Source: Raillietiella orientalis (Eukaryota). From it: a stretch of 64,000 nucleotides of DNA. The number at the start of each line of letters is the position of its first letter. Position 1 is the first letter of the stretch. The DNA is taken from assembly GCA_036172245.1 (NCBI GenBank), contig JAYWIR010000032.1, positions 1,364,001-1,428,000 on the forward strand. Direction: 5' to 3'. Shown piece by piece: positions 13,101 to 24,992 of this stretch. The position numbers and the translations under genes were made by a program. The notes beneath the pieces were generated by a model, which was given only the letters and a program-made list of their open reading frames with translations, did not search any database and was not told where the DNA came from.

Positions 13101-14958
13101 ACGAGCGACAATCCCAGCAGGAAGAAACAAAAGCTTTTGTTCTCCTCCCTCTCCTGAGCTCGAACAATCCTCTTCCGCGAAGGATTCCAGGAATCACGCG
13201 GATGCCGTCAGCGAGAATTCTAAAGCGGACGACGGTAGCGAGCGCGGCAGTGTCATCGTAATCACCGCAAAAAGAGCATCCGTGGGAAAAGAAAAGAGAA
13301 AAAGGAGGGCAGAAGGTGGAAGAGGAGGAGGAAGGGAGAAGGAAAACTCATGGGCTCGTCACGTGGTTCCGAGAAGGAGAGATCTCATCCGGCTTACTTT
13401 CCAAGCACATTCCGGAGCACCTTCCGATGTCGATGAGCGCCTCGAAGGGGGTGTCTGGGAAGAAGCGCATCATCCTGTCTGTCCTCCCACAGGGGGTGCT
13501 GACGTTGAAGCAGTGGCAGGACTCGATCACGGGCATCTCCCTGATTCCGTAGGTCCAGTGCAGCCTCTGCAGCCTCTCCAGGTTGGGAATGCAGAGCTCG
13601 TCCTCCCTGCATGCGTCCTGCTGGCCGCCGTCGTGGTCTTCCTGGGGATGCGGGAAGAGGAGAGCGACCAGTCTCTGCTGGGGAGGAAGCGGAGGGGACT
13701 GGGCGGGGAGCAGCGGAGGCGGCGCTCGCTCTGCTCGGAGCTCCGTCTCCAGGCAACCGTCCGGATTCGATCACCTCCCTCCGGCCTGTTACTGCGTCTC
13801 CGAAAAGACCCGCTTTTTCCCCTCCTCCCGCCGGCCCGTGGCCCTCTTCTGGAAATCGCCCGATCTTGCAGAGGGAACCGAGGAACTAGGACCTGCGGAC
13901 GGAGGGGAAGCGCTGGGGATGGATCTCTCCTGACCCCGCCGGTGCGCGCTGGGAACCGAAAGAGAGGAAGGGGGGACTGCCCTTGTCCGGGACAACCCCA
14001 CTTTCCACCTCCGGGTAGTCACAGAGACTTCGAGCCTCTGTGCCTCCAGCATTGGGCTCGGAGTGCCGACTCCGCGCAGCATCACCCTCCTTCATCCTCC
14101 AGAGGGAGGGTACTGGTGAGGGGGGAAGGAGGACCTTGTCCTCCAGTGTCGCCCTGCTCTCCGGTAACGACGCGCCTGCGCCTTTTCTTCGACCCCGAAG
14201 GGTGTTTCCCGCTCCCGCCGCAGTGCGCGCTGGCATCGGTCTTTCCCTACCGCGTAGCCGGCGGCCGGTTCCTCTGCCTCGTCGTCCCCGGGGGGCTTGT
14301 GGCACACTGTCCTGCACCTGCCGATGTCCACGGAGAACTCATCTGCAACGAACAACAAGAAGTGCGCTGTCCCCGTCCAGGTGGTAGAGCGAAGGCGCCC
14401 GGAAAGGGGAACGGGGGGGGGGGGGTGAGAACTTCTAAGGTGCTGTTCTTCTAAGGTCTTGCTCTCTCCTCCTCGGGCGGTCGGGACAACGGCGGCTCGC
14501 GAGGAGGGGTCGCGCGCTTCCTTACCTCTGTCGCCACTCCGGAAGGACACAGGATTCTCCACGCTGCTGCAGCAGGGCCGCCTCGGGCGGTCCGTGATTT
14601 CCTCCTCCGACCCGGAGGTGGGCAACAGCGGTGGTCCGGGTGTGTCCGTCGGGAGCGTGCCGTCGTCCTCGGTCGCCTCCATCGTAGCTGGGGAACCCGT
14701 CGTGATGCTGGCGGTCGCGGCCTCCTCGTCGTCCTCCGCAGGGTCCGTCGGCGTCGCATCCGCCAGCTCTCCGCAGGGAGTCGTCCACGGGGTTGTGGTG
14801 GTCGTCTCCTCCCGGTTCCCTCCGGCCGCAGCCCCCCGCACACACACCGCGATTACCGCCGCCACCGCCGCCACCACCGATACCACGAGGCGCGTTCTCG
14901 CCGCCCTGCCACCGCAGCTCCTCCTCCTTCCGCCGGGGGATCCGCATGCCACCGCCAT
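7174..14958 (-). CDS. pnhd: Pinhead (secreted protein with three tandem cystine-knot domains; BMP/ADMP-pathway modulator), paralogue A, about 385 aa
   Basis: Seven exons with consistent phases and GT-AG sites: 14958-14526, 14342-14251, 13641-13398, 10878-10825, 10642-10518, 7503-7439, 7318-7174 (1158 nt). Spliced product: hydrophobic N-terminus, T/P/acidic linker, then CC..VDIGRCRTVC..LCIP..VIESCHC; C..FFPDTPFEALIDIGRCSGMC..LECHS..GPNG..SSCGC; KCYRM..EVNIGECVGSC..HCVLR..EECL..SCSP..VLAVDACECL*. This matches the triple-knot pattern I recall for vertebrate/ascidian Pinhead. Minus-strand AATAAA at 7132-7127. Confidence 0.85.
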
Positions 14959-17900
14959 CCGCCGACGAAGACGCGCGCCACCGTCCTCGGCGCTCCTCGC
15001 TTCCTCCCTCCGGGGAACGCCCGACAGATCCCGAGGGAGGACACACGCCGGGAGAAGGTGGGCGGCGGCGGAGGCGGCATGAAACCCGAGGAGGCCTCGA
15101 GGCCGCGAGGCGCGCGCGCCGCTGATGACACAGGCGGAGGGCGGGACGGGACCAGGCTTCTCCCCTTCCCCAGGAGAGGGGGGAGGCTACATCGCGAGGA
15201 GACCCTTCCACTCCCACCACCCACCAAGAGCAGCCTGAGGCGTTTCCGAGGGGCCGTCGGAGGCGGAATTTCCGGACTTGGAGACGCTCCCTCCTCTTCC
15301 CACCGCGCTTTCCGCGAGGCGGAAGGAGGAGGAGGAACAGGAGCAGCTGAAGGGGAGGCTCAGGAAGGACTTCCGCGTTTTGTGGGATCGCCTCGCTGGA
15401 AGGGGGCGCCTCGACCCTATATTGGAATCGTAAATCCCGGCCAGCTGACCAGAGGGCGGAGTCCTTCCCTCTCCTTCCTCGGGATGACCTTCGCCCCTCT
15501 TCTGGGCAACCCGGCAGGTTGGAGTGAGCAGGGAGGCTTCCCTCCCCTCCTTTTCCCGCCCCCTCAGAATCCCATCACTCGGGGCAGCCACCCGCATAGT
15601 CACTGAGACCGGGAAAGTCAAGAAGAGAAGAACAAGGCACCATGTCCACCCTGTGGCAGCAGGTCCGGGAGGCTCGCAGGCGGCGGCGAGAAGCTCCCAC
15701 GGAAGAAGAAAGCTCCAAACAAGCAGAGAAATAAGGAAGGGGGTCTCTGGGAAGGGTTTTCCAGAGCACGGTGAAGTGAACGGGAGAGGGAGACACCTCG
15801 CTGGATCTTCGGCAAATCTCTCTGTGATGGAAAAGGTCCAACCTCTATCGACCGATCCGTGTGAAAAAATTTCCCATTGACGAATCAAAGCATTCAGCTC
15901 ACGATGAACCTCTCCCCCCCCCCCCCCCCTCACCTCCCCTTCCTCCAGTTTACCCTATCAACGCAGGTTGGAAGTCAAAAGTGTACATCGATTTGTGATA
16001 ACCCACGGCAAATGCTCTACAGACGTACAAATGCTTATGGTTTATAATAATTAAGATTCGGAAACACGCTGCAGCTACTGACGCCGATGATTCCAGCAAG
16101 TTAAACACAAGAAAGAAGCTGGCAACTTCTTGTCGACAAAGAAAGGCAGAAGGAAACTCAAGAAATGTTCGCCTCGGTCCATAGACTGAGAGCTCACGTG
16201 TGCAGGTGGACTAAAACTCATGCTCTTGGTGTAAAGTACTGAGAATGTGACCCTTGATAAGAAAATGAGTTTTGGCTCGTGGGAGTATCGACGGAAGAGG
16301 CACCCGGATGAAAAAAACAGCGGCAGGGATGTGGTTCACTGCACTGATGGTTGCATGCAATTTGAAACTCGAATTACCGATGGGAGAGTACATCACCTGA
16401 GGGAATTCTGCCTTTGGTATTTGACATTTCCATGCAAATACTCTGGTGAAAAAAAGAAAAGAAAAGGCATTTGTTTGCTTTGAATTCTGCAGTTTCAGTT
16501 TTCGTTACAGTTCGTGTGTGCATCTGAGAGAGATGGCGTGTGCCTACAGAGATCCTCGACTTCCAATAGAGAATGGCAATTGATTCAGTCTCCAATATTG
16601 GAAAAGCACCAATACAACGCTAAGAAAGGGAAAAAAGAACAAGAAAGGAAGAAATTCCTCCTTCTTTTTTTCCTTTTTTTAGGATAATAGTTAAAGTATC
16701 GGTTTCAATCGGATTTCACGATAATTTCCCATTAAGATGAACCGAGAAATTCGAGGCACTTGCAGGTTACATGAAAGACTTGGCTTTCAGCAGCCGCCTT
16801 AGGATTGCCTCCTGGAAACCCAAGCCAACGTGAATTTGCTCTTCTCGACGCGAAATTGGTGATCTCCACTTCACCTGCAACTTGGTGGACACCGGACCGA
16901 CCCACAGACCGATCGATCCACCGGTCCCTGCGTCTCGAAATGAGGACAAAGCAGCTTCATCCACTTGTGTGTGCCCAATTAAGGAACTCATGAATTTGGT
17001 AGCCAACTGCGAAATCGAAAAAAGAAAAGGAAAGGCAGTGTTCGAATCGAACACATCCGGCAGGCAACGTGGAATCTGCTTCCTATTCAGCGGTGTAGTC
17101 GCGAGGCTACACCCCACTTGAGGGGGAACTGCTTTTCCAGTGAGGTTCGACGCGCAGGAACTTGACCCCGTGTCAAGTCAGCCAGGAACTTCCAAAACGC
17201 CCTCGGTGGATCGAGGAGGGAACAACGCGTGGAAGAGGGATAATCGGGGTTTCGAGCCGCGCTGGAAAATGGGGAAGCTGAAGGGTCCTCACAGCAACGA
17301 TCACTCCGGTGGTCGGGTCTGATGAGAATCCGCTGATGGAAAAGGCCATTCCAGGGGTCCCAGTCCTGGCACCAGCATCTCTGCTTCGAAACGGATGGAA
17401 AGATTGTTTGCCAGCTGCACCGGGAATCTTTTCAGACGAACGAGTAAATCAAACCCCTTACGAGCGTGACTTATCAGCGGTGCTCTTTATCAGCGTGGCT
17501 TAATTAAAAGTGACTGGATTGGAACTTGGGCTACGGAGCAGTTGGTGTCCCCTTCGTAATTTACCCCCGGAGCTGTGCAGTGTCCTCAAGTGCAATTAGT
17601 CAGATCAGTTCTTAGCAGCCAGCATAGGCAATAATTCCAAAGTGTTGACCAGTGGATGAATCGGACATTTTCATGCCTTAGAAATGCTGGCAGATGCTTG
17701 CACTCGTCTAAAATGCAGGTAGTCCCATGTCACAGACGATAAAGACCTCCAAGTGAAACATCATCATGAATTATCTTTTAAGAGAAATCAATACCGGAAA
17801 ATGTGATTCCATTTGCGTAAGAATCTTGTCATGAAAAGTGTGAAAAAGTTTGCACCTTCAGATTTCAGTGAAATTTTTCTTCAACGCCTCTTACAACCGG

Positions 17901-17998
17901 CTTTAAAACAATACATCATGTGAAATGTCATTGTTATGATATACACCATTATGGTAATTGGTTACTGCAAGATTGCTTGCAATTTTTGAGCTCAAATT

Positions 17999-20900
17999 AT
18001 GACCAAGAAAGGAAAACCAACTGCAATAAAGCAAGTTGAGTCAACATTGAAAAAGCAAGTTGATTATAAATTGCAAAGGAAACAAACAGAAAGAAAGAGG
18101 AGAAGTCAGATGAAACAAGCAGTCGTTTCATTAAGTAAACTTCTACCAGAATATAAATCTGAGGAGAATATTTGTCAGCTGGATATACTTCAGAATGCTA
18201 TAACATATATAAACAAACTTGTCACAATTGAAAATTTTCAGCACACATTAGTGGAAAAGCTGAAGCAACAAGGTATGTTATCCAATAGATCCTAATGTCA
18301 TCTAAATACATAGATGAAAACTTGATTTTCAGAGATGGAAAGAAGTGTAAAGTCAAACTGTTAATTGTTTGAATTTGGTTATTCATTTGTTTTCAGTTGA
18401 TGTTGTAAGGAAGGAGGGGGGAGTGTGTGTTCTTATTCACTCTGAATTAGACAAGGATGACCTTAGTATTCATGGTTATCAGTAAATGCTTTTGTTTGGT
18501 TGTTTGTTTCCTACGTGCTTTGTTTGATGACCTTTCAATGGAAAGGAAATCACATTACCGTATCTTATTAAGTGATTAAATGTGTCACTAAATTTGTGTT
18601 GCCTTGCTGCATTGAATTTTCAAATTCATTTTTTTTCTTTTATGTGGATTGGTGTGAATTAAGTCCAGCCAAATGTGAATTCGTGCATATTATTATGCAT
18701 GTGTAGCAAGGATTGGCCTATCCTTTAGCTTTATATAGCCTCTCCAGTGAGCTGACACAAATATTAAGTCAGTCAATTCTGCCAGGTGGTCTCTCATTAA
18801 GGGTACCCAGCATGTATATTTTTCCCTAATGTAAAACAAGACTTCCTGTTAAAAGTTACCAATCCAAGATACATTGAGAGCTAAAATTCAAGCAATACCA
18901 CGCCAGTCTTTGTAGTTGCTTCCATGATCATCTTTGTTGTTATTATTCCCAGGGAGTTTTGTTGTCCAGAAAGTCTTGACCAATACAGGTTTCACAACAT
19001 TTCAACCAATAACTGTGATATCTAATAAAGTGATGAATGTTTTGTCAAAAGTTTTGTAAGGTTGTATAAGATGAAGTAGTTTGATGGTAATGAACTGATC
19101 CTTGGTCCCAAGTTGAACTGATCACTATCGATTTCAGTGTTACTAGATAGACAAGTTTTACTTTGGTGCACAGTCTGTACAAAGAAGCCCTGATCAGGTT
19201 AGTCATGATTGGGCTTTACATTCTCTAAGGGCAGATATTGCAAAAATGGATGAGAAATAATTGTTTCCTAATAATTCCTCAAAAAAATCAAAAGGCACAA
19301 TGCATGTATGCAATAGTAGTCCATTTAGTGGCAAGTTTGAGGGACACTGCTATTCTTAACAAATAAATGAATGGATCTGTAAACTCAAGAACACCTTAAT
19401 TAAAGTTTTATGTACGTTTGTAGATAAAGAATTGAAACTTATTTTATGTTTGGTAATTTAGTTACAACTTTGATTAGCACACTAGATGAGTTGTACATTT
19501 TTATTATTTCAGAGAATACAATAAAACAAATGCAGCATACCATTGTGCTATTCAAACGCAAGAATGATCACCTGACAAGTTTGGTGAAAGCCTTGAACAT
19601 CTCTCCCAAACATAATCCAGAAGACATTAAGAATTTAAAGAGATTCTTCCTTATGTCATCATGTAAAGGTTTGGAATGGAATTTTGTTAATTATGTGTGA
19701 AGCCTACGGAACTTTCTTATGAGTTTTCAATTTCTTTCTTTTCATCAAAAGTAACAAATCTAATTGATTGCTACACCTTGGCAAGGCAGCTTGTAAGCTT
19801 GAAATTTTGCTTTTCCTTGGAAGGATACATATTTAGTAATGAAAACTAATTGATTTTTCAACAGTCACAGTATTTTACGATTTCATTACTTGTGAATATG
19901 CTACGTGAAACGTAGCATATTTACAAGACTCAACTCACCTTTAAAGCATTTCGCAAATTAATCAGATTGCCATGAATTTTAAAATTCTCGATATCATTTG
20001 AATGATAACAATTCCACTTATTTATGTCATTTTTTTTGCAAAGATTTTTATTGTATTATACATGTGTGTAAACCTTAGAAAGTTACCAAAAGATCCTTAA
20101 TATTGTTAATTTTAAGATAGTGTCATTTTGCACGTATAATTTCTTTGATTAACTTCAAGATGCACAATACTTTTATAAGAGGGCAAGTTCATTGATTTTG
20201 TTTGTGCATAACTGCCATTAGAGTTTCCTTGCAAATTAAATGCAAATAGGCGTATCCAAAGATCACTAAAACATTGCAAGGAATCTTGGGAGGGCAGTAA
20301 ATCACTCCAACAATTAGGAAATTGTAGTCTAACTTGCTATTTTGTCAGTACATACAAAGCAGGTTGTAGCACCCAAAAAGCAGTGAATGAATGTGACATC
20401 AAAGCATCAATGCAGCATTTTGTCATGTGATGAAATCATGCTTTGTGAAAATGCATCTTTAATGCAGAGTAAAATTTTAGTGTTTTGCGTATGACATTCA
20501 AGGGAGTTTGCCTACACATGAAAAATGGGTTCTTATGATGATTTGTGATCTTGCCTGTTGAATAGAATGTGCAGTTGGTTTTAGCGTAAGGAAGTGGTTG
20601 TTGTTGTCGGGATTTAAAGGCCGAATTGAAATCTTTGGTAAATAAATTGGTAGTTTTAAGTACATGAAATGTGGAACACTGATGTTGCAATATTGCCAGC
20701 AAGATTAAAACTTGAATTGCAGTTGAGAACACTGCGTGCTTTAGCACGCAGTGTTCTCAACTTATCTAAGCATTTTGCTTTGATTCGATCACATCCGTCG
20801 TAATTATTTAAGTCAGAGATGCTGGAACCTGAGTTTCTTAAAAAGAAACTTTGCATGACTTCAACAAGAATAAATCAAAAACAAAATCCTTCGAACGTGA

Positions 20901-23900
20901 AAGTTTAAGCTGGAAATATTCAGCATTTATTAGAATTGCAATGAAAAAGGAACTGGATTTTTTTCACATTTTCATATTGCCTGAGTCACTGTTGCTTTGC
21001 TTCTCAGGCATCATGATGTGATTGTGTTTGAATCTCCATTCCATCGAAAGATTCGTTTCACTTAATGTTTCGTTGTTGAATAATTTTCATGTTTCCATTC
21101 TGAGTACTCAATTCAGTTCGTTAAAGACAATGCAAATACATACACACATATACCATCCATACCAAGTACTTAACATTCGTGCTTTGATTTTATTTCAAGT
21201 GTTGGCATCCGTTCCGTTTGGAGTATGCAAGTCTTCTCTGCTCTTGTCGTGCAAGTGCAAACATTCTCGTATTTTTATCGGTCCCATAAGTGAGCCCGCA
21301 AAGAAAAATCTCTCTATCCATGAGGGTAGTCCTTTAAAGAAAACAGACTGTCGCTTTAAGCAAAATAAGTAGCCTTTATTTTTGAGTGTACAACTTAGAA
21401 AGCACAAGTGCAACTATGTGATATCAGCTTACCATTTATTATGGTATGGGGAGCGTTGATTGGATGCATGCATTATACTTTAAATTAGAAACTTTTCTGT
21501 TTTTGAGTCGATTCCTTTTAGAAAAAGAACGAGCGTCGTTGCAGTCGGATGAAGATCCGAACCCTAGTCATCGTGAACCAAGTCAGCAAAGTACAGCTGT
21601 TAATTCCACAGTAGTGAATAGTCATTTTGTTAAAGACAGTGCAAATACAGCCATCAGTAACAAGAAAACAGTTGCTATTCCAAGTGTAAAGAATCGAATT
21701 AGTGGATCATCTCCCGTAGTGAAGTTTGTTGACACTTTATGCATGAAACATTCCATCAGAAATTCTAGAAAAATATATCCCCCGGGAAAAAAAAGCAAAG
21801 CTCTCATCAGCAAACCCACTGAATCCGAAATCAGTCAGAACTTGTCACTAAATCAACCAAACTCTGCCGCCAGCATTCGTGTTCCACAAAACCTAGATTC
21901 AAATAAGGCAAACAGCACTACCCAGAAATCCCAAAAGAACAGTGACCCAACAGTGAAGGGTTCGAGTGTGCCTACGTCATTGAGGGATGTTTTGCAAAAC
22001 CGTTCTTCCATGGAAAAACTCCTTTTGGTGCAGAAATCCTTGCATCCGTTAGTGTTGTCTCAACCGTTGCTGATGGCATCAAGTTCTGTACAGCTGTTGC
22101 CACACACGAAATTGATTCCCATTGCTCCCAGGAAGGAAGGGAAGCTGGCTTTGCAACCGTTGCCGAGGAAAGTAAATGATCAAGTCTTCCGTGCCAAAAA
22201 ACGTCGGCGTGTAGGGACAGGTAAAGTCACCGATACAGCGGAAGTTGAAAATAATGAAATCACATCCGATAATTCTGCAAGTACCATCGAGAACAACATC
22301 ACAGAATTCTTTGCTGATGAAAATTTGCAAGTCAACGACCGCAGTAACGCTGTTGGTACTGAAACTTGTACAGATCAGTCACTGTGTGCTGCTGAGCTTC
22401 CGGAAACATCGTTTTGCGGCATAACGGACAGTACGGCCGAAAAATGTGACATAGAGCAAAGTTCTGTCCAAGATAAGAGGATAAATGACGATAACATTAG
22501 CGAGTCCATGAAAACGGCCGTTAATGCGACTTTTCATCAAGAAATCAACCCAGTTCCTTCAGACCTTGTGACAGATAGTGAATTGCAATTAGTTGAGATG
22601 TCGCAAGATAAGGCTTCCTCGGATTGTTTTCCCAAAGTTTCGGACTCTGTGCAAAATCACGAACCCGGGGAAATCGAAAAGAGGAAAGTAGATAGCGTTC
22701 CACTGGTGCCATTGGAAAACGTTCCTCTGGAAAGCTTCTTGACGGACTCCTCCGAAAACAACGAGTGCAGCTATGTGGATTCCACGGCGGAGCGTTCAGA
22801 AAGACAGAAGAACGAAACCATCGTAAGAGTGGACGAATATTCACGTGTTAATACGTCCTGTAGCAGCAATCCAAATGCAAACATCAGCGAGTCTTCTACT
22901 GCTGAAAGAGAATGCGACTCCGTTTCTGCAGCCGATACTTCTGGCTGCTCATTCCGTTGCACGAATTCTAGTCTTCTGTCCGAAGATACGCAGTGCTTTC
23001 TTGCCCTCCAAGCCTCAGAAACAGACCGATGCCCCCGGTCCTCTCCACAGACATCTACAGACAAGACATATCAAACCCCGAGCATATCCCCGTTTAACTG
23101 GAAAGCGTCAACGAATTTCACAGATTCAACTCTCTCAGCACTAACTTCTGTCCTTAAAAACCTAACAGAAGCTCCCTGTGGATCTTTGCTCGACAACTCT
23201 ACCAATTCCTCTTTAGAAAAATGTATTTCTAGAGACTTAATGCAGGATAGTTCTTGGAAGAACCTGGATGCATCGTTTCCCGTTCCGACTGACATTTCCA
23301 AACCCACAACAACGTGCAGTACACAAATTGCTGATCAGACGTTATTTGGGGATTCAGATCAACGCATGCGGCAATTTTTGCTGGACTTTCCTTCCAATGA
23401 TAATTTGCAATCAGCCGAGTCTCTTGCGAATATTAACGCCAGTGCCGTGAATCACCCGTTTTTGTCAGTCAGTCAGCTGGTCAATTCCAATGTGGATAAC
23501 AGTTCTACTCGTATAGCAAAACAACCCCGTGCAGTACTTCCGGTTTCAGATCCAAATGAGTACAAAGTAGGCATCTCAGAAAGGAAACCCGTTGGCCCTC
23601 AGAGAACCTTGCCAGAACTGTCCAGGGTGGATAAGTTGAAGGGAGTTTCAAAACTGAAAGTGAGCAATAAAAGCGTGTGCCCGTATTTCAAAAACGTCAG
23701 CGCTAACTCCAACCAAGCTGTGTGCAATATGAATCAGGAACCTGTTCCCAGATGGAACAGCAGTAAGAACTCGGAAGTGAGGCAGACGGACAATAATCGG
23801 ACGAGCTACAGATACTCCGCAGAAGCCTTGCTCAGTGATTTCTATCAGGGGAGATGCCCAGGACGGCAAAATTCCTACGACAAACATTCTGGAAATGAAT

Positions 23901-24927
23901 ATTATTCCTATGAACCCTGCCCTCCTATTTCCCAGGCGTCGTTTTCACATGGGCAAATGCTGACGCATGCCGAACCTTCAAGGAACCATCAAAGTTTTGC
24001 CCAGCATTATCCGTCTGATTCCTGGAACTATGTGGCACCTTTAACCCACATCAGCAATTCCCAGCATTCTTTTAATAATGTTTGCTATAATAACGATTCA
24101 AGCCACTATAATGGCTTAACTGGCACCATCTATCCCCATCTCCCCACCAATTCATCGCATTCTTTTGATTGCCCTGATAATTTTACTGCGTCCGTTTCTC
24201 AGAATCAGAATGGTAAAAACTCTCAGTATGATACGAATAACCACAACCTATCAGCTACCTATGGTTGTAGTGTACCTTCCAGAGAAAGTAAGCAAGCATT
24301 ATCAGTTCCGCCTTGTGCTCCCCATGAACATTTTCATAACACAAAAGTGATGCCAAGGAAAGAAGATCACATGATTACTTCACAGGGACATTTGGACAAA
24401 GGATACTATGCTAATTTCCTTCCCTCAAATCTTGCAACTAACAGAAATAATAAAACACAGAACTGTGTGCCTTACAGTGCAGAATGTGCTGCCATACTAG
24501 AGAATCCCTGTCATAAATCTGTGAGCTCCCAACAATTAGACATGTCCCAAGAAAAAAGCAACAGTATGGTGCTGGGTTCACTTCAGCACCACAGAGATTT
24601 GCCACCATCGTCATCTGTAACCAATTTCAATCTTACTTCTATATTTCCAGAATTCAATGGCAAAGTAAGGTTATAATGGTTGATCCAACTGTATTCTGAT
24701 ATACATTGCAGAATGCAAATCACACATCTTCAAGTCTTGATCATAGTGGAGGAAAAGTGGCCACAAGCAGCTACTCCAGTGATACATCCGGCCTGTTTGT
24801 CCCTCCTACGTACCACTTAGCTTCTACAAATTCTGCTCCCTTATCCGTTTTACATGGAGGCATTAATCTGGGAAATTATACCGGGCAAGTAAGAGAAGGT
24901 CAAGTATTCGAGTCATTTGTTTGGTAG
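17999..24927 (+). CDS. USF3: bHLH(-zipper) transcription factor, USF3/KIAA2018-like, about 1260 aa
   Basis: Exon 17999-18272 carries a bHLH (RKQTERKRRSQMKQAVVSLSKLLP...QLDILQNAITYINKL). Exon 19513-19668 is a coiled-coil extension (ENTIKQMQHTIVLFKRKNDHLTSLVKALNI). Exon 21522-24664 is long and S/N/T/Q-rich, with short motifs FLSVSQLV, YSAEALL and NFNLTSIFPE. The last exon is 24712-24927. Phases 1/1/0 are consistent. An alternative end via intron 24889-24939 would stop at 24981. The bHLH is secure; USF3 orthology rests on architecture and a recalled YSAEAL motif. Confidence 0.7.
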
Positions 24928-24992
24928 TCATATTTTTAGATAGAATGCCTTGCTGGCTGGGAAAGTAGCAACAAGCATTAATATATTATGGT

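Noticed and set aside
14009..14112. Candidate extra pinhead exon (PSLWRMKEG...CDYPE)
   Set aside because: It needs a phase-1 entry, but exon 2 ends in phase 0 and joins exon 3 directly; the donor is weak.
13072..14454. 460-aa plus-strand ORF
   Set aside because: Antisense shadow of pinhead exons 2-3 and their GC-rich introns.
15500..17500. Scattered AG/GT-bounded segments between pinhead and the USF3-like gene
   Set aside because: No consistent frame or recognisable product; they may be 5' UTR exons or chance.
19030..19098. Box C (GTGATGA) and box D (CTGA) pair in a USF3-like intron, suggesting a snoRNA
   Set aside because: No terminal stem and no clean rRNA complementarity that I could verify.
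21446..21521. ATG at 21446 as the start of a 1076-aa gene
   Set aside because: This stretch is intron (pyrimidine tract and ttttag acceptor at 21521); the ORF is exon 3 of the bHLH gene.
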